DNA of 64,000 bases from Caldisericota bacterium (GTDB taxonomy: Bacteria; Caldisericota; JANLFM01), in NCBI GenBank assembly GCA_024655865.1, contig JANLFM010000006.1, positions 16,183-80,182 of the forward strand, given 5' to 3'. The notes under the pieces were generated by a model, which did not search any database, was not told where the DNA came from, and worked only from the letters and a program-made list of their open reading frames with translations. A program made the position numbers and the translations under genes. Below are positions 54,391 through 64,000 of the stretch, one piece after another (the first letter of the stretch is position 1; each line of letters opens with the position of its first letter).

Positions 54391-57300
54391 TTGAAGAGAT
54401 CAAAAGTTATTTCGCTTGTAGCCATTGTCTTTCTCCTTGTCTTTTTCACCACCAGTATTGGCATGGCTACCCCCTTGGTTACCCCTGGCCGCACCATTCC
54501 CGAATCCTGGAAGGTGTCTCCGCAGAAAATCGTGGAAAATCACCTTGCTCAAGCAAGCAAGGTGGATTCCTCTCTATCCAAATCCAGTCCGGTTTTCCAG
54601 AAGTCGCTTCCCGAGGAGGGTATACAGGCGCCTGTGCCTGATGATGGCGTGGCCAAAGGAAATTTCCGGGTGGAAGAGGACGGAAAAATCACGGCCATTA
54701 TTGGTCTGAAGGAAGCGCCCGTGGCCGCAGTTCAGGACAAGAACCTGATCAGCAGGAACCTTCTCAAAGTAAAAAGTGAGCAGATCATGGCCGAGGACGT
54801 CCTGGCCTCCATCGGGGATGTCGAGGTTAAGGAGAAGCTTCAGTACGCTTACAACGGCCTGGTCGTTCGCTTCCCCAAAGAGAAGCTTTCGGAAATCCAA
54901 AAGCGCTTCGGCGCGGAGAACATTCACCCCTCCAAGACCTATTACCTGGACATGGCCTACAGCACCGTGCTCACAGGAGCCACGACTGTCTGGTCTAACC
55001 TCGGTTACGACGGTACGGGAGTGGTGGTAGGCGTTGTGGACACCGGTGTGGACTACAATCACCCTGATTTAGGTGGAGGATTCGGCAACAAGGTAATCGC
55101 TATGATTGACACCGGAGACGACGACAACGACGCTATGGATTCAAACGGTCACGGCACGCACGTTGCTGGCACAATGGCGGCAAAGGCCGCAGCACCGGGT
55201 GGAGTCACAGGCATGGCTCCGGAAGCGAAAATCATTGCAGCCAAGATCGTAAAAGGCGGGGAGGGCTCTGCTTCGAACGCTGACATCGCTGCTGCCTTCG
55301 ACTGGATGCTCCAGAAGAAGTTGGAGGGTGTAAATCTGGTCTCCATCAATATGTCCTTCGGCTTCCCCGGTGGCTGGAACAACCCCACTGATCCCGAGCA
55401 GGTGGCGATCCAGAACTGCGTGGATAACGGGATTTTTGTCTCCCTCTCCGCAGGAAACGAGTACTGGTCGGTTTATCCCTATAACCAGGTTTACTACTAC
55501 GGGGAAAATTACCCTAGGACCACCTGGTACCCCGCCGACATCAGCACTGTCGGCTCTCCTGCTACTACACCTGGTGCAGCTTCAGTCGCCGCTTCCTGGA
55601 ACACGAATTCTATGTATCCCAGCTTCCTCGAAGTAACGGGGTCAAGGCGCATTCCTTATGTCGTAGGAAGCCCCTCCCCTGACCCTGTAAATGTCTTTGG
55701 CACATCCAGCCAATTGGAGTATGTTTACTGCGGCCTCGGCGGAACACCAGCGGATTTCCCCTCTTCAGTAGCAGGAAAGATCGCCCTGATTGAGAGAGGA
55801 GTGTACACATTCCTGACAAAGGTTCAAAATGCTCAGGCTGCTGGCGCTATCGGTGTGATTGTTTATAACAGCGCTGCCGGTGGGGAAGCTTTCGTCACCA
55901 TGGCGCTGGATGCGAGCGTCACCATTCCTGCGGTCTTTATCCGCAGAAGTGACGGCTTGTATCTTCAGGGTCTTACCAGCCCACCGGCAAAGGTGCAGTT
56001 TGACGGTCAGGTGACCGCGGTAGCCAACCCCACTGCCGACAAGATGGTGGACTTCTCCTCCTGGGGTACTGACCCCAATTTGAACTTTAAACCCGAGATC
56101 GCGGCTCCCGGTGGCGGAATCTGGTCCACAGTGCCTCTGGCCATGGGCGGGTACGCCAACTACTCCGGAACATCCATGTCCTCCCCTCATGTGGGCGGCG
56201 CTGCTGCTTTGATCATGCAGGCTCATCCCGACTGGACGCCCGCTCAGGTTAAGGCTGCCTTAATGAACACGGCTACGCTCCTCACAGATCCTACAACCGG
56301 CCTTCCCTACAGCCCCAGGCTCCAGGGCGCCGGCCGTATCAACGTCTATGACGCTCTCCTCACTCCGGTTTTCGTCGCCGACAACACCACGAATTACCCC
56401 GCTGAGCCCCTGGGAGACACAGATTCTGCTACCTCGAAGAGCTTCACTTTAAAGCTCACCAATACCGCAACTTATGACATCACTTACAATCTCAGCGCCA
56501 CCATCCAGAGGTATAGTACCACCCGCGTTCCTTACGCTCTTACTGGGGGAAGCGTTACCTTCCCGGGAGGCACTTCTGTGACAGTTCCCGCTGGGGGCAC
56601 AGCCCTGGTGGATGTAATAGTTAGCGTGGCGGGAAACATTACCTACGAGAACATCTTTGTGGACGGGTTCGTGAACTTCACCCCTCAAGGGGCGACGGTT
56701 CCCGAGCTCCACGTTCCCTACACCCTCTTCTGGGGTGACTGGCAGGATACCAGATACACGGAAGACTGGGCGCATAACCCGGTAATCGATCCTCCTCCCG
56801 ATGATCCCACAGGCTGGTGGTGGTGGGGCTACACCTGGCTCTACACTCAGATGGGCACCTCCTACTACTACCTCGGTTACACATTCAGCGGCGACCTCGA
56901 CCGCAACGCCATCGCTATCTCTCCCAATGGGGACGGGATCTGGGATAACCTCTATCCCCTAATTTCCTTAATGAGGGGCACTCCCGAGACCTATGTTCAC
57001 AAGAACTTCAACCGCTATCCCTACTGGGATTCCTGGGACAACTGGTGGCTCTGGGCTCCTGCGCCAGGGGCGATCCCTGATGGCAACTACTTCCTGAGAT
57101 TTAAGGCTGAGATTCCGGGAACCCTCACCCAGCATTCCGGAATTTACCAGACGGTTGACCTGCCCTTCATCGTGGATACGGCGGTACCCCAGGTGAACGT
57201 CTCTACCAGCATTTCAAAGGTCCCCTCCGGTTCTTACGACTTCACCATTAACTGGACTGCCTCCGACGACAGGAGCGGCCTCTGGGGGTTCGACCTCTAC

Positions 57301-57945
57301 TTAGATGGGGAATACTACGACTCTGTAGGGCCGGATGTCACGAGCTACACCTTCACCGGCCTTCCCGACGCTCCCCATTCCTTTATGGTTGTGGCCTGGG
57401 ATAACGCCCAGAACTACGCCTTCTCTGCTTACCTCTACAACGCCTTCACCTTCAATATGAGCGCGGGCTGGAACTTCTTCTCCTTCCCGGTTCAGACCAA
57501 CCCCGATCCCAGTAAAGTACTTCCTTCAACTCCTGCGCCATTCACTCTTAAATGGTTCAACGACGCTACCCAGAAGTGGGTAACAAAGAACATCACCTTC
57601 ACCCTGGGAGACGCCTACTGGCTGATGCTCAAAAAGGCCACTTCATTCACCTTCTCCGGCGTACTGAACGGCCAGCCCTCCTTCTCTATCGCTCTCTATA
57701 CGGGCAGAAACGATATCGGTGTACCCTATCCGGCGAACTTCAGCTGGACGGACGTGAAAGTGCAGAAGGGCAACACCGTGCTCACCCTCAAGGACGCTTT
57801 AAAGGCCAAGTGGATCAGAAATGTCTTCTACTGGGATCGCGGCGTGTACCGCAGTGCCCTGAATAAGGATTTGATCCCCGGCAACGGTTACATTATTTAC
57901 GCCAACACCCCGCTGACTCTGATCTTCCCGAATCCCCTCTATTGA
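54391..57945 (+). CDS. Secreted subtilisin-like S8 serine protease (Vpr/lactocepin-like; I9, PA and Fn3 domains)
   Basis: Signal peptide; VVDTG, HGTHVAG and GTSMSSPH triad; PA domain (KIALIERG); QGAG; strong SD with a TTG start. Confidence 0.95.
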   Translation: MKRSKVISLVAIVFLLVFFTTSIGMATPLVTPGRTIPESWKVSPQKIVENHLAQASKVDSSLSKSSPVFQKSLPEEGIQAPVPDDGVAKGNFRVEEDGKITAIIGLKEAPVAAVQDKNLISRNLLKVKSEQIMAEDVLASIGDVEVKEKLQYAYNGLVVRFPKEKLSEIQKRFGAENIHPSKTYYLDMAYSTVLTGATTVWSNLGYDGTGVVVGVVDTGVDYNHPDLGGGFGNKVIAMIDTGDDDNDAMDSNGHGTHVAGTMAAKAAAPGGVTGMAPEAKIIAAKIVKGGEGSASNADIAAAFDWMLQKKLEGVNLVSINMSFGFPGGWNNPTDPEQVAIQNCVDNGIFVSLSAGNEYWSVYPYNQVYYYGENYPRTTWYPADISTVGSPATTPGAASVAASWNTNSMYPSFLEVTGSRRIPYVVGSPSPDPVNVFGTSSQLEYVYCGLGGTPADFPSSVAGKIALIERGVYTFLTKVQNAQAAGAIGVIVYNSAAGGEAFVTMALDASVTIPAVFIRRSDGLYLQGLTSPPAKVQFDGQVTAVANPTADKMVDFSSWGTDPNLNFKPEIAAPGGGIWSTVPLAMGGYANYSGTSMSSPHVGGAAALIMQAHPDWTPAQVKAALMNTATLLTDPTTGLPYSPRLQGAGRINVYDALLTPVFVADNTTNYPAEPLGDTDSATSKSFTLKLTNTATYDITYNLSATIQRYSTTRVPYALTGGSVTFPGGTSVTVPAGGTALVDVIVSVAGNITYENIFVDGFVNFTPQGATVPELHVPYTLFWGDWQDTRYTEDWAHNPVIDPPPDDPTGWWWWGYTWLYTQMGTSYYYLGYTFSGDLDRNAIAISPNGDGIWDNLYPLISLMRGTPETYVHKNFNRYPYWDSWDNWWLWAPAPGAIPDGNYFLRFKAEIPGTLTQHSGIYQTVDLPFIVDTAVPQVNVSTSISKVPSGSYDFTINWTASDDRSGLWGFDLYLDGEYYDSVGPDVTSYTFTGLPDAPHSFMVVAWDNAQNYAFSAYLYNAFTFNMSAGWNFFSFPVQTNPDPSKVLPSTPAPFTLKWFNDATQKWVTKNITFTLGDAYWLMLKKATSFTFSGVLNGQPSFSIALYTGRNDIGVPYPANFSWTDVKVQKGNTVLTLKDALKAKWIRNVFYWDRGVYRSALNKDLIPGNGYIIYANTPLTLIFPNPLY

Positions 57946-57967
57946 GCGAAAAAGGTATTTGAATCTT

Positions 57968-58007
57968 CGAGCGGCTGGCTTGGGCCCAAGCCAGCCGCTC
58001 GTCTTTT
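57968..58007 (+). terminator. Rho-independent terminator (perfect 34-bp palindrome plus T tract)
   Basis: CGAGCGGCTGGCTTGGG|CCCAAGCCAGCCGCTCG followed by TCTTTT. Confidence 0.85.
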
Positions 58008-58203
58008 GGAATCAATTTTATGAGCATTCGCCCTTTTTCACAGCTTTAATCTCCTCCCTGACGCACCGGGAGAAGGAGGTTTACGAAGAGAGGTCACTTC
58101 AGGATAATTTGAAAGTAAAAACTGAGGAAAAAGGGTTGTTCTCGCTCTGAAAGAGAAAATTTTTGTGGTATAATGTTGAAAAATCCAAAGGACACGAGGC
58201 GAG

Positions 58204-60822
58204 ATGAAAAAAGGATTGAGCGGAGCGATTGCGGCGGTTCTTTTAACTTTTCTTTTTATTTTCCCTGCCATGCCACCGGCGTTTTCCCAGCAGCCCCCGC
58301 CGCAGATTGCCCCGGTAAGCAGCGCTTTTTTAAACCGAATTTCGGAAATCGGCCAGAAAGCTGATTATAATTTAACAGAAGAGCAAGCCCTGGGATATTT
58401 CCCCTCCCCTTTGGACCGCTCCCATTTGATGGGAATGGGCACTCGTTTTAGCGAAGCCAACTCCTTCCCCTCCTCCTACGACCTCCGCTCTTCAGGAAAG
58501 GTTTCTCCTGTGAGAGACCAGAACCCTTACGGCACCTGCTGGGCTTTTGCGGCCTACGGTTCCCTGGAGTCCGCCCTCTTGCCATCTGAGTCCTGGGATT
58601 TCTCTGAGGACAACCTGGTGAATGGAAGCGGCTTTGATTTCGATCCCTACAACGGCGGAGGAAATCAGGATATGACCACAGCCTATCTTACCCGCTGGAG
58701 CGGGCCGGTGCGGGAGGATCAGGATCCTTACCCAACCCCGGGAGTTCTGACGCTTCCTCCCCAGAAGCACGTGCAGGAAGTTCTTTACCTGCCGGGAAGA
58801 TCCGGGGCACTCGACAATTCTACCATTAAAAGTGCGGTTATGACCTACGGCGGGGTTTACACATCAATTTACTGGAGCAACTCTTACTACAATTCCACTC
58901 GCCGCAGTTATTTCTACAATGGAACCCGGGCACCCAATCACGCCGTGGTGATCGTGGGCTGGAACGACGATTTCCCGGCCTCCTATTTTTCAAGCAGGCC
59001 TCCGGGAAACGGGGCTTTCATCGTCAGGAACAGCTGGGGAAGCTCCTGGGGCGAGGACGGTTATTTTTACGTCTCTTACTATGATTCCAAAATCGGGGGA
59101 GATCTTGCCGTCTTCAACAACGCGGAGCCTGTTTCCAATTACTCCAGAATCTACCAGTACGACCCCCTGGGTTGGACTGCTTCAGCGGGTTACGGACAGG
59201 AAACGGCCTGGTTTGCCAACGCCTTCACCGCTTCCGCATCCGAGACCCTTGTGGCCGTGAGCTTCTACACCCCCTCCTTAAACAGCGCTTACCAGATCTA
59301 TACGGGAAGCTCCCTCCAGAGCCTAAATCTTTGCGGGTCGGGTTCCCTAACTTTACCTGGCTATCACACAGTAACACTGGATTCACCTTTTCCCCTGAGC
59401 GCAGGAACAAAATTCCTGGTGGCGATTAAGCTCACTACGCCCGGTTACTTATACCCCATTCCTCTGGAATATCCCTTTTCGAATTACAGTAGTGGGGCTT
59501 CTGCCTCATCCGGACAGAGCTACATGAGCCCTGAGGGATCAAGCTGGCAGGATGTCACCTCCCTTTATGCCAAAACCAATGTCTGCCTGAAGGCTTTCAC
59601 CGCTCCTTCTTCAGGATCTCCTCTAGTTTCCATTACCCCTACCCAGTTTGTCTTTCAGGCCCTTGAAGGTGGCGGCAACCCGCCCCCTCAAACCCTATCC
59701 ATTCAGAACACGGGCGGGGGAACCTTGAGGTGGCAGGTCTCCGAGAGCGCCTCCTGGCTCAGCCTCTCTCCTTTAAACGGTTCCTCGACGGGTGAGGTTG
59801 ATCAGGTGACCGTGAGCGCGAATACGAGCGGTCTGGGCGCCGGCACATATAACGCCACGATCACGGTGAAAAATTCAGACACCCTGCAAGTGCTTGAAAC
59901 CGTTCCGGTAACCTTACAGGTCTCCCCCCAGGGTGGCGCAAGCGGCCTGAGGGCTATTCCCCCCGCATCCTTGAGCGTCCAGAAGGGGACGGGCGCGGGG
60001 CTTCTTTCCAGCCTCTTTTTCGATGACTCCAGCTACTTCCAGGTGGCCTCCGCTTTCATTTCTCCGTACTACTACATTGAGTGGACGGCTGATTTTCAGG
60101 TCCCCGATTACGGGAACGCCAAGTTTTTGGGGGTGAGGTTCAAGGGGTTTAATTCCCGCTCTGTGAGCACCTACCTCAAGCTCTACAACTGGTCCACGAA
60201 GAGGTGGGACAGCCTGAAGTCGGCCTCCATTTCCACAAGCGAGAAGGAGATCCTGGGAACCACGCTCGATTGCGGAAAGTACATCTCCGCAAGCGGCCAG
60301 GTGAGGGTGCAGATCTACGGGAGGACCTCTTACAGCTCCTTCACGAACAGTGCGGACCTGTTAGAGGTGCTTGCGGGATATTCTCTGAGGACCGTCCCGC
60401 CTTCCTCCTTGAGCGTCCAGAAGGGGACGGGCGCGGGGCTTCTTTCCAGCCTCTTTTTCGATGACTCCAGCTACTTCCAGGTGGCCTCCGCTTTCATTTC
60501 TCCGTACTACTACATTGAGTGGACGGCTGATTTTCAGGTCCCCGATTACGGGAACGCCAAGTTTTTGGGGGTGAGGTTCAAGGGGTTTAATTCCCGCTCT
60601 GTGAGCACCTACCTCAAGCTCTACAACTGGTCCACGAAGAGGTGGGACAGCCTGAAGTCGGCCTCCATTTCCACAAGCGAGAAGGAGATCCTGGGAACCA
60701 CGCTCGATTGCGGAAAGTACATCTCCGCAAGCGGCCAGGTGAGGGTGCAGATCTACGGGAGGACCTCTTACAGCTCCTTCACGAACAGTGCGGACCTGTT
60801 AGAGGTAATAGCGGGGTATTAG
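58204..60822 (+). CDS. Secreted papain-family (C1A) cysteine protease with lectin-like, BACON-like and duplicated C-terminal domains
   Basis: QNPYGTCWAF, NHAV and NSWG; YQYDPLGW...NVCLKAFT; NTGGGTLRW..WLSL. Confidence 0.93.
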   Translation: MKKGLSGAIAAVLLTFLFIFPAMPPAFSQQPPPQIAPVSSAFLNRISEIGQKADYNLTEEQALGYFPSPLDRSHLMGMGTRFSEANSFPSSYDLRSSGKVSPVRDQNPYGTCWAFAAYGSLESALLPSESWDFSEDNLVNGSGFDFDPYNGGGNQDMTTAYLTRWSGPVREDQDPYPTPGVLTLPPQKHVQEVLYLPGRSGALDNSTIKSAVMTYGGVYTSIYWSNSYYNSTRRSYFYNGTRAPNHAVVIVGWNDDFPASYFSSRPPGNGAFIVRNSWGSSWGEDGYFYVSYYDSKIGGDLAVFNNAEPVSNYSRIYQYDPLGWTASAGYGQETAWFANAFTASASETLVAVSFYTPSLNSAYQIYTGSSLQSLNLCGSGSLTLPGYHTVTLDSPFPLSAGTKFLVAIKLTTPGYLYPIPLEYPFSNYSSGASASSGQSYMSPEGSSWQDVTSLYAKTNVCLKAFTAPSSGSPLVSITPTQFVFQALEGGGNPPPQTLSIQNTGGGTLRWQVSESASWLSLSPLNGSSTGEVDQVTVSANTSGLGAGTYNATITVKNSDTLQVLETVPVTLQVSPQGGASGLRAIPPASLSVQKGTGAGLLSSLFFDDSSYFQVASAFISPYYYIEWTADFQVPDYGNAKFLGVRFKGFNSRSVSTYLKLYNWSTKRWDSLKSASISTSEKEILGTTLDCGKYISASGQVRVQIYGRTSYSSFTNSADLLEVLAGYSLRTVPPSSLSVQKGTGAGLLSSLFFDDSSYFQVASAFISPYYYIEWTADFQVPDYGNAKFLGVRFKGFNSRSVSTYLKLYNWSTKRWDSLKSASISTSEKEILGTTLDCGKYISASGQVRVQIYGRTSYSSFTNSADLLEVIAGY
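59968..60806 (+). repeat. Intragenic tandem duplication with a 401-bp identical core and 438-bp period
   Basis: 59968-60368 is identical to 60406-60806. Confidence 0.95.
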
Positions 60823-60828
60823 GAAAAC

Positions 60829-61512
60829 TCAAGGGGTGAAGATTAACCGGTAAAGAAGAACCGCGGCCTGCGCTCTGGTTGCAGGAAGGTCAGGGGAAAA
60901 AGTATATCCCACAATCTCTTTGTGGTAGGCTCCGATGGGCTTCGAGACTTCCTCGGTAAGTCCAGGATCTGGCACGCGCAGAATGTTGAAGGAAAGAGCC
61001 GTCTGAATGTAGGGGAAAAACCAGTCTTCCTCACGGCAGTCCAAAAAAGCACCTTTTTTATAAACGCTCGCAGGCAGTTTCCTGGCCACCACGATCACTT
61101 TTACGATCTCTGCTTTGCTGATCGTTTTCTCCGGTTCGAATCTTCCGTCCGGGTACCCGGAAATCCATCCTAATTTAACGCAGGCTTCCACATAGCCAAA
61201 GGCCCAGTGCCGGCGGGGGACATCGGGGAAAGTCGGCGCGGCGGGGAACTGGGGTTCAGCTTTGTGCAGAGAAGAAAGCAGGGTGAGTTTAGCGAATTCC
61301 GCCCTGGTGACGGGATTCTCCGGGCGGAAAGCCCCGTCCGGATAGCCGGAAATGATTCCTTCCTGAGTTAGAAACTGGATCTCCTTATAAGCCCAGTGAT
61401 CCGGGGACAAGTCTTGAAAGGAAGGGGTCTTTGAGTAAACGCCCGGACCGGAGAGGCTCAGGAGGAACCAAAAAACCAGAAGAAGAACCGTTGCTCGCAA
61501 GATTACCTTCAT
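60829..61512 (-). CDS. S-layer homology (SLH) domain protein
   Basis: Signal peptide plus three SLH repeats (F.D...HWA, GYPDG.F.P, TRAE/TRAQ). Confidence 0.92.
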   Translation of the reverse strand: MKVILRATVLLLVFWFLLSLSGPGVYSKTPSFQDLSPDHWAYKEIQFLTQEGIISGYPDGAFRPENPVTRAEFAKLTLLSSLHKAEPQFPAAPTFPDVPRRHWAFGYVEACVKLGWISGYPDGRFEPEKTISKAEIVKVIVVARKLPASVYKKGAFLDCREEDWFFPYIQTALSFNILRVPDPGLTEEVSKPIGAYHKEIVGYTFSPDLPATRAQAAVLLYRLIFTP

Positions 61513-61800
61513 TTTTTCCTCCCTCTTTTCATTGCCTTCAATTTTAACAGAACTTCTAAGAAGGCGCTGCGAAAAGCCCTGGATTTTTTAATAATCCAAA
61601 GAAGGACGGGAGAAACTTCCCAAAATAACCTTTCCTCCTTCTTGAGCCAGGCCGGGAATAAACAAGAACCAGGAACGCTCCGCTTTTAAAGCTTAAAAAC
61701 TGAGAAATCGAGAGCAAAATGACTCTCATCAAGAGGATGTTTGAAAAACCAGTAAGAGCTTCAGGCAGACTAAATGAGCGCCCGAAAAAGGACAAAAGAA

Positions 61801-61828
61801 AAAGAGGGGGCCTTGCGGCCCCCTCTTT
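61801..61828 (-). terminator. Rho-independent terminator
   Basis: AAAGAGGGGGCC-TTGC-GGCCCCCTCTTT; T-rich tail on the minus strand, just after the stop at 61845. Confidence 0.85.
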
Positions 61829-61844
61829 CGTTCAAAAAACGGCC

Positions 61845-64000
61845 TTAGTCGACGAAAATCTCGAAGTCTTTGCCAGAGTATGAGCCACCAAAGGGATCCA
61901 CGGGCTCTGTGATGTAGCCATCATCGGGAGTGATGATGATGGTGTTGGGAGCATACCTGCCGTCGTAATCGAGGCGGATGGTGACATCGTGGAAGTTGTA
62001 GAACTGGATTCCGGTGAACGCGTAGGAGCCGGTGGAATCGGTGTAGGTTACTTCCTCATGGGGGTTGCCGCAGGCGTCAGTCCATTCAAGGTAAACAGGC
62101 ATGTCAGAAGGGGTTTCCGTCACTTCGCCTGTAGCTGTCACCGTGCCGGAGAAGTCCCAAGCACCAAGGGTGAAGTTGAGGTCGAATTCCCAGGTACCGG
62201 TCAGGACCTCCGTTCCGGTATCAGCGTCCACGGCGTTGTAGAAGACGATGTAGTGTCCGGGAACCAGTCCGCAGGGGGTGAAGACCATGGTGTCGTTGGG
62301 GTAGATCCCGGTCTGGGTGAAGGTAAACTCACCGCAGTAGGGGTAATTTCCAGGATCGGCAGTGAACCATTGGCCATCGTCTACATTGTAGAACAACATC
62401 CAGCTCTTGGCGGTGTTCAGGGGCTCGTTGAACTGCATCCAGACGTGGAAGCCTTCCTGTGGTACATATTCTTCAGTAGTAGGTTCGTATCCGGAATCGA
62501 TTATCCTGAGCTCGGTCCCCAGCATGGGTCGAATGACGATGAACTTCACCACGGGGATGTACTGGCCATTGACCAGCATCCAGTCGCACATGTAGGGGTT
62601 AGCGGGTTCTTCGACGGGTTGGAAGAAGACCTGGACGAACTGCTCGCGCTGGAGGTCGGCCATCTTCTTGATCAGGATGTTGCCGTCGGGAGTGGGAACG
62701 TTGGGAGCGGGCAGGGTAGCGTCGTAGATCACGGTTCCGGGCTGACGAATAGAAGGGTTAGAGGAGCTAGCAGGCCATGGGACTGTGATGATATCCTTGG
62801 CGGCCAGCCAGGTGGTCTCATATTGTTCGTAGGGGATGGGGTTCGGCTTCCAAGCGGTTGAGGGAGTGAAGGTCCAGTAGAGCTGCTCGCGGCTCGTGTT
62901 CTCTAAGGAGAAGATAGTTCCGTCGAAGGTGGGCCCGATCTCGTCAATGATGCCCTCGGTGTTGTAGGCCTGGAGCGCACCAGGATTGGTGGCCAGCTCC
63001 TCGATCTTGAGAATATCTCCTAAGCTGGTGGTAACTTTGGAGAGCTTAACAACGTCGCGCACCAGGTTCTGGAGCTTCTGCCAGACAGCGTAAAGGGTGG
63101 TGTAGTCAGTAATGGCTGCGCTTCCGTCTTCGATTGCTTTGGTGCCACGGTTATGATCGTTGTACCAGCTGAATTTCCAGAAGATGCTGGTAACTCCAGA
63201 GGAATCAGCGAGCTCTGTCAGCGGGTAGTTCACTACAGTTCCATCACCCTTCATGACGTCAATGGAGAGGTGGTAACCGGTGGAATCCTGGTTCATGTTC
63301 ACGCGGGTGACCATGCCGTACTCAAGGTAGGCTGTAGTGGTCACCGGGTTAGCATTAGTCAAGAGGCGAACTTTGCCATCGGCATTCAGTACAATGAGAA
63401 CGTTTGTTCCCAGCCAATCCTCTCTCTCATCCCAGAGGTTGTTGAAAACATATTCGTAGTCAAGCCAGTACCAGTAGCCTCCAACCCAAGTTGATGTGCC
63501 GAATGTGGCGCCGGATTCCACGGCTCCCACTTGTCCCACAGGAGCGGTGGGCTCCTCTTTGGTTCCGGTTGTAGAAGCGGCGATGGCCGGGAATTCACCG
63601 CGGCCGGGGAAAAGCACATCGTAGACCTTGCCGGAAACCTTGATCTGGGTGACCCAGTCATTGCCCCACTGATCCTTGGTGCGATAGATGTCCTCCAGGA
63701 CCCCAGTCTGTGTAACCTCGTTCCCCTCGAAGCGGACCACAGAGAACCTGTTCTCCTCATCAAGGTTCTTGACAGGAGCCATGTACACGGTTCCCACTGG
63801 ATAAATTGTCGAATAGAACCAGTCTAAAGCTGAGTAGGCGCCACCTACTGCCGCATACCAGTTCCAGTTGGTGTAATCGCCACCGCCTAAGACGAACTTA
63901 GCATCATCCTCAACTAAAGCCGTGTAGGTATCGGCGGAAGTGGGATAAGGAGTGGGAAGTCTCTTGTTGAAGGTATTGTCGTCGGTATAGGAGAAGGACA
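61845..64000 (-). CDS. Large acidic surface protein, probable S-layer protein; partial (5' end beyond the window)
   Basis: The frame stays open from 63797 to the right edge by manual translation. Rich in Thr, Asp, Tyr and Trp with Ig-like C-terminal domains, biased codon use and a strong terminator; adjacent to an SLH gene. Confidence 0.6.
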   Translation of the reverse strand, partial: SFSYTDDNTFNKRLPTPYPTSADTYTALVEDDAKFVLGGGDYTNWNWYAAVGGAYSALDWFYSTIYPVGTVYMAPVKNLDEENRFSVVRFEGNEVTQTGVLEDIYRTKDQWGNDWVTQIKVSGKVYDVLFPGRGEFPAIAASTTGTKEEPTAPVGQVGAVESGATFGTSTWVGGYWYWLDYEYVFNNLWDEREDWLGTNVLIVLNADGKVRLLTNANPVTTTAYLEYGMVTRVNMNQDSTGYHLSIDVMKGDGTVVNYPLTELADSSGVTSIFWKFSWYNDHNRGTKAIEDGSAAITDYTTLYAVWQKLQNLVRDVVKLSKVTTSLGDILKIEELATNPGALQAYNTEGIIDEIGPTFDGTIFSLENTSREQLYWTFTPSTAWKPNPIPYEQYETTWLAAKDIITVPWPASSSNPSIRQPGTVIYDATLPAPNVPTPDGNILIKKMADLQREQFVQVFFQPVEEPANPYMCDWMLVNGQYIPVVKFIVIRPMLGTELRIIDSGYEPTTEEYVPQEGFHVWMQFNEPLNTAKSWMLFYNVDDGQWFTADPGNYPYCGEFTFTQTGIYPNDTMVFTPCGLVPGHYIVFYNAVDADTGTEVLTGTWEFDLNFTLGAWDFSGTVTATGEVTETPSDMPVYLEWTDACGNPHEEVTYTDSTGSYAFTGIQFYNFHDVTIRLDYDGRYAPNTIIITPDDGYITEPVDPFGGSYSGKDFEIFVD

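Noticed and set aside
61989..62861. Long antisense ORFs (e.g. 61989-62861, 34298-35014, 30406-30957, 33318-33824)
   Set aside because: Shadows of codon-biased genes on the opposite strand, with no motifs or ribosome-binding sites.

Overview
Bacterial chromosomal window (roughly 50% GC by eye) that reads as an anaerobic, probably thermophilic peptide fermenter with an S-layer; the lineage cannot be fixed from this sequence alone. Bases 1-47.9 kb form an energy-metabolism cluster, mostly on the minus strand. It contains hypFCDE translationally coupled to a strongly divergent rnfC-rnfD, an orphan multi-GAF/PAS kinase, a heterodimeric ABC exporter, FprA and Fic/MerR genes. It also holds an 11-subunit complex-I-like group 4 [NiFe]-hydrogenase (order J-K-L-M-N-A-B-C-D-H-I plus protease) and a soluble group 3d-type [NiFe]-hydrogenase. 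The soluble enzyme carries two NuoE/NuoF modules, one of them a NuoF-GltD/NfnB fusion, and is preceded by a DRTGG/kinase/PHP/[FeFe]-like sensor cassette. At 47.9-52.8 kb a Y1 (RAYT-type) HUH transposase is framed by perfect 35-bp direct repeats built on a palindrome (AAAATAGGGACWGTCCCTATTTT). A 4.1-kb nucleotidase cassette lies between 65-bp direct repeats that duplicate the 3' end of dxr, which looks like REP/RAYT-linked cargo integration. The rest of the window encodes secreted S8 and C1A proteases, SLH proteins and the 3' part of a probable S-layer gene. No rRNA, tRNA or CRISPR array was seen.
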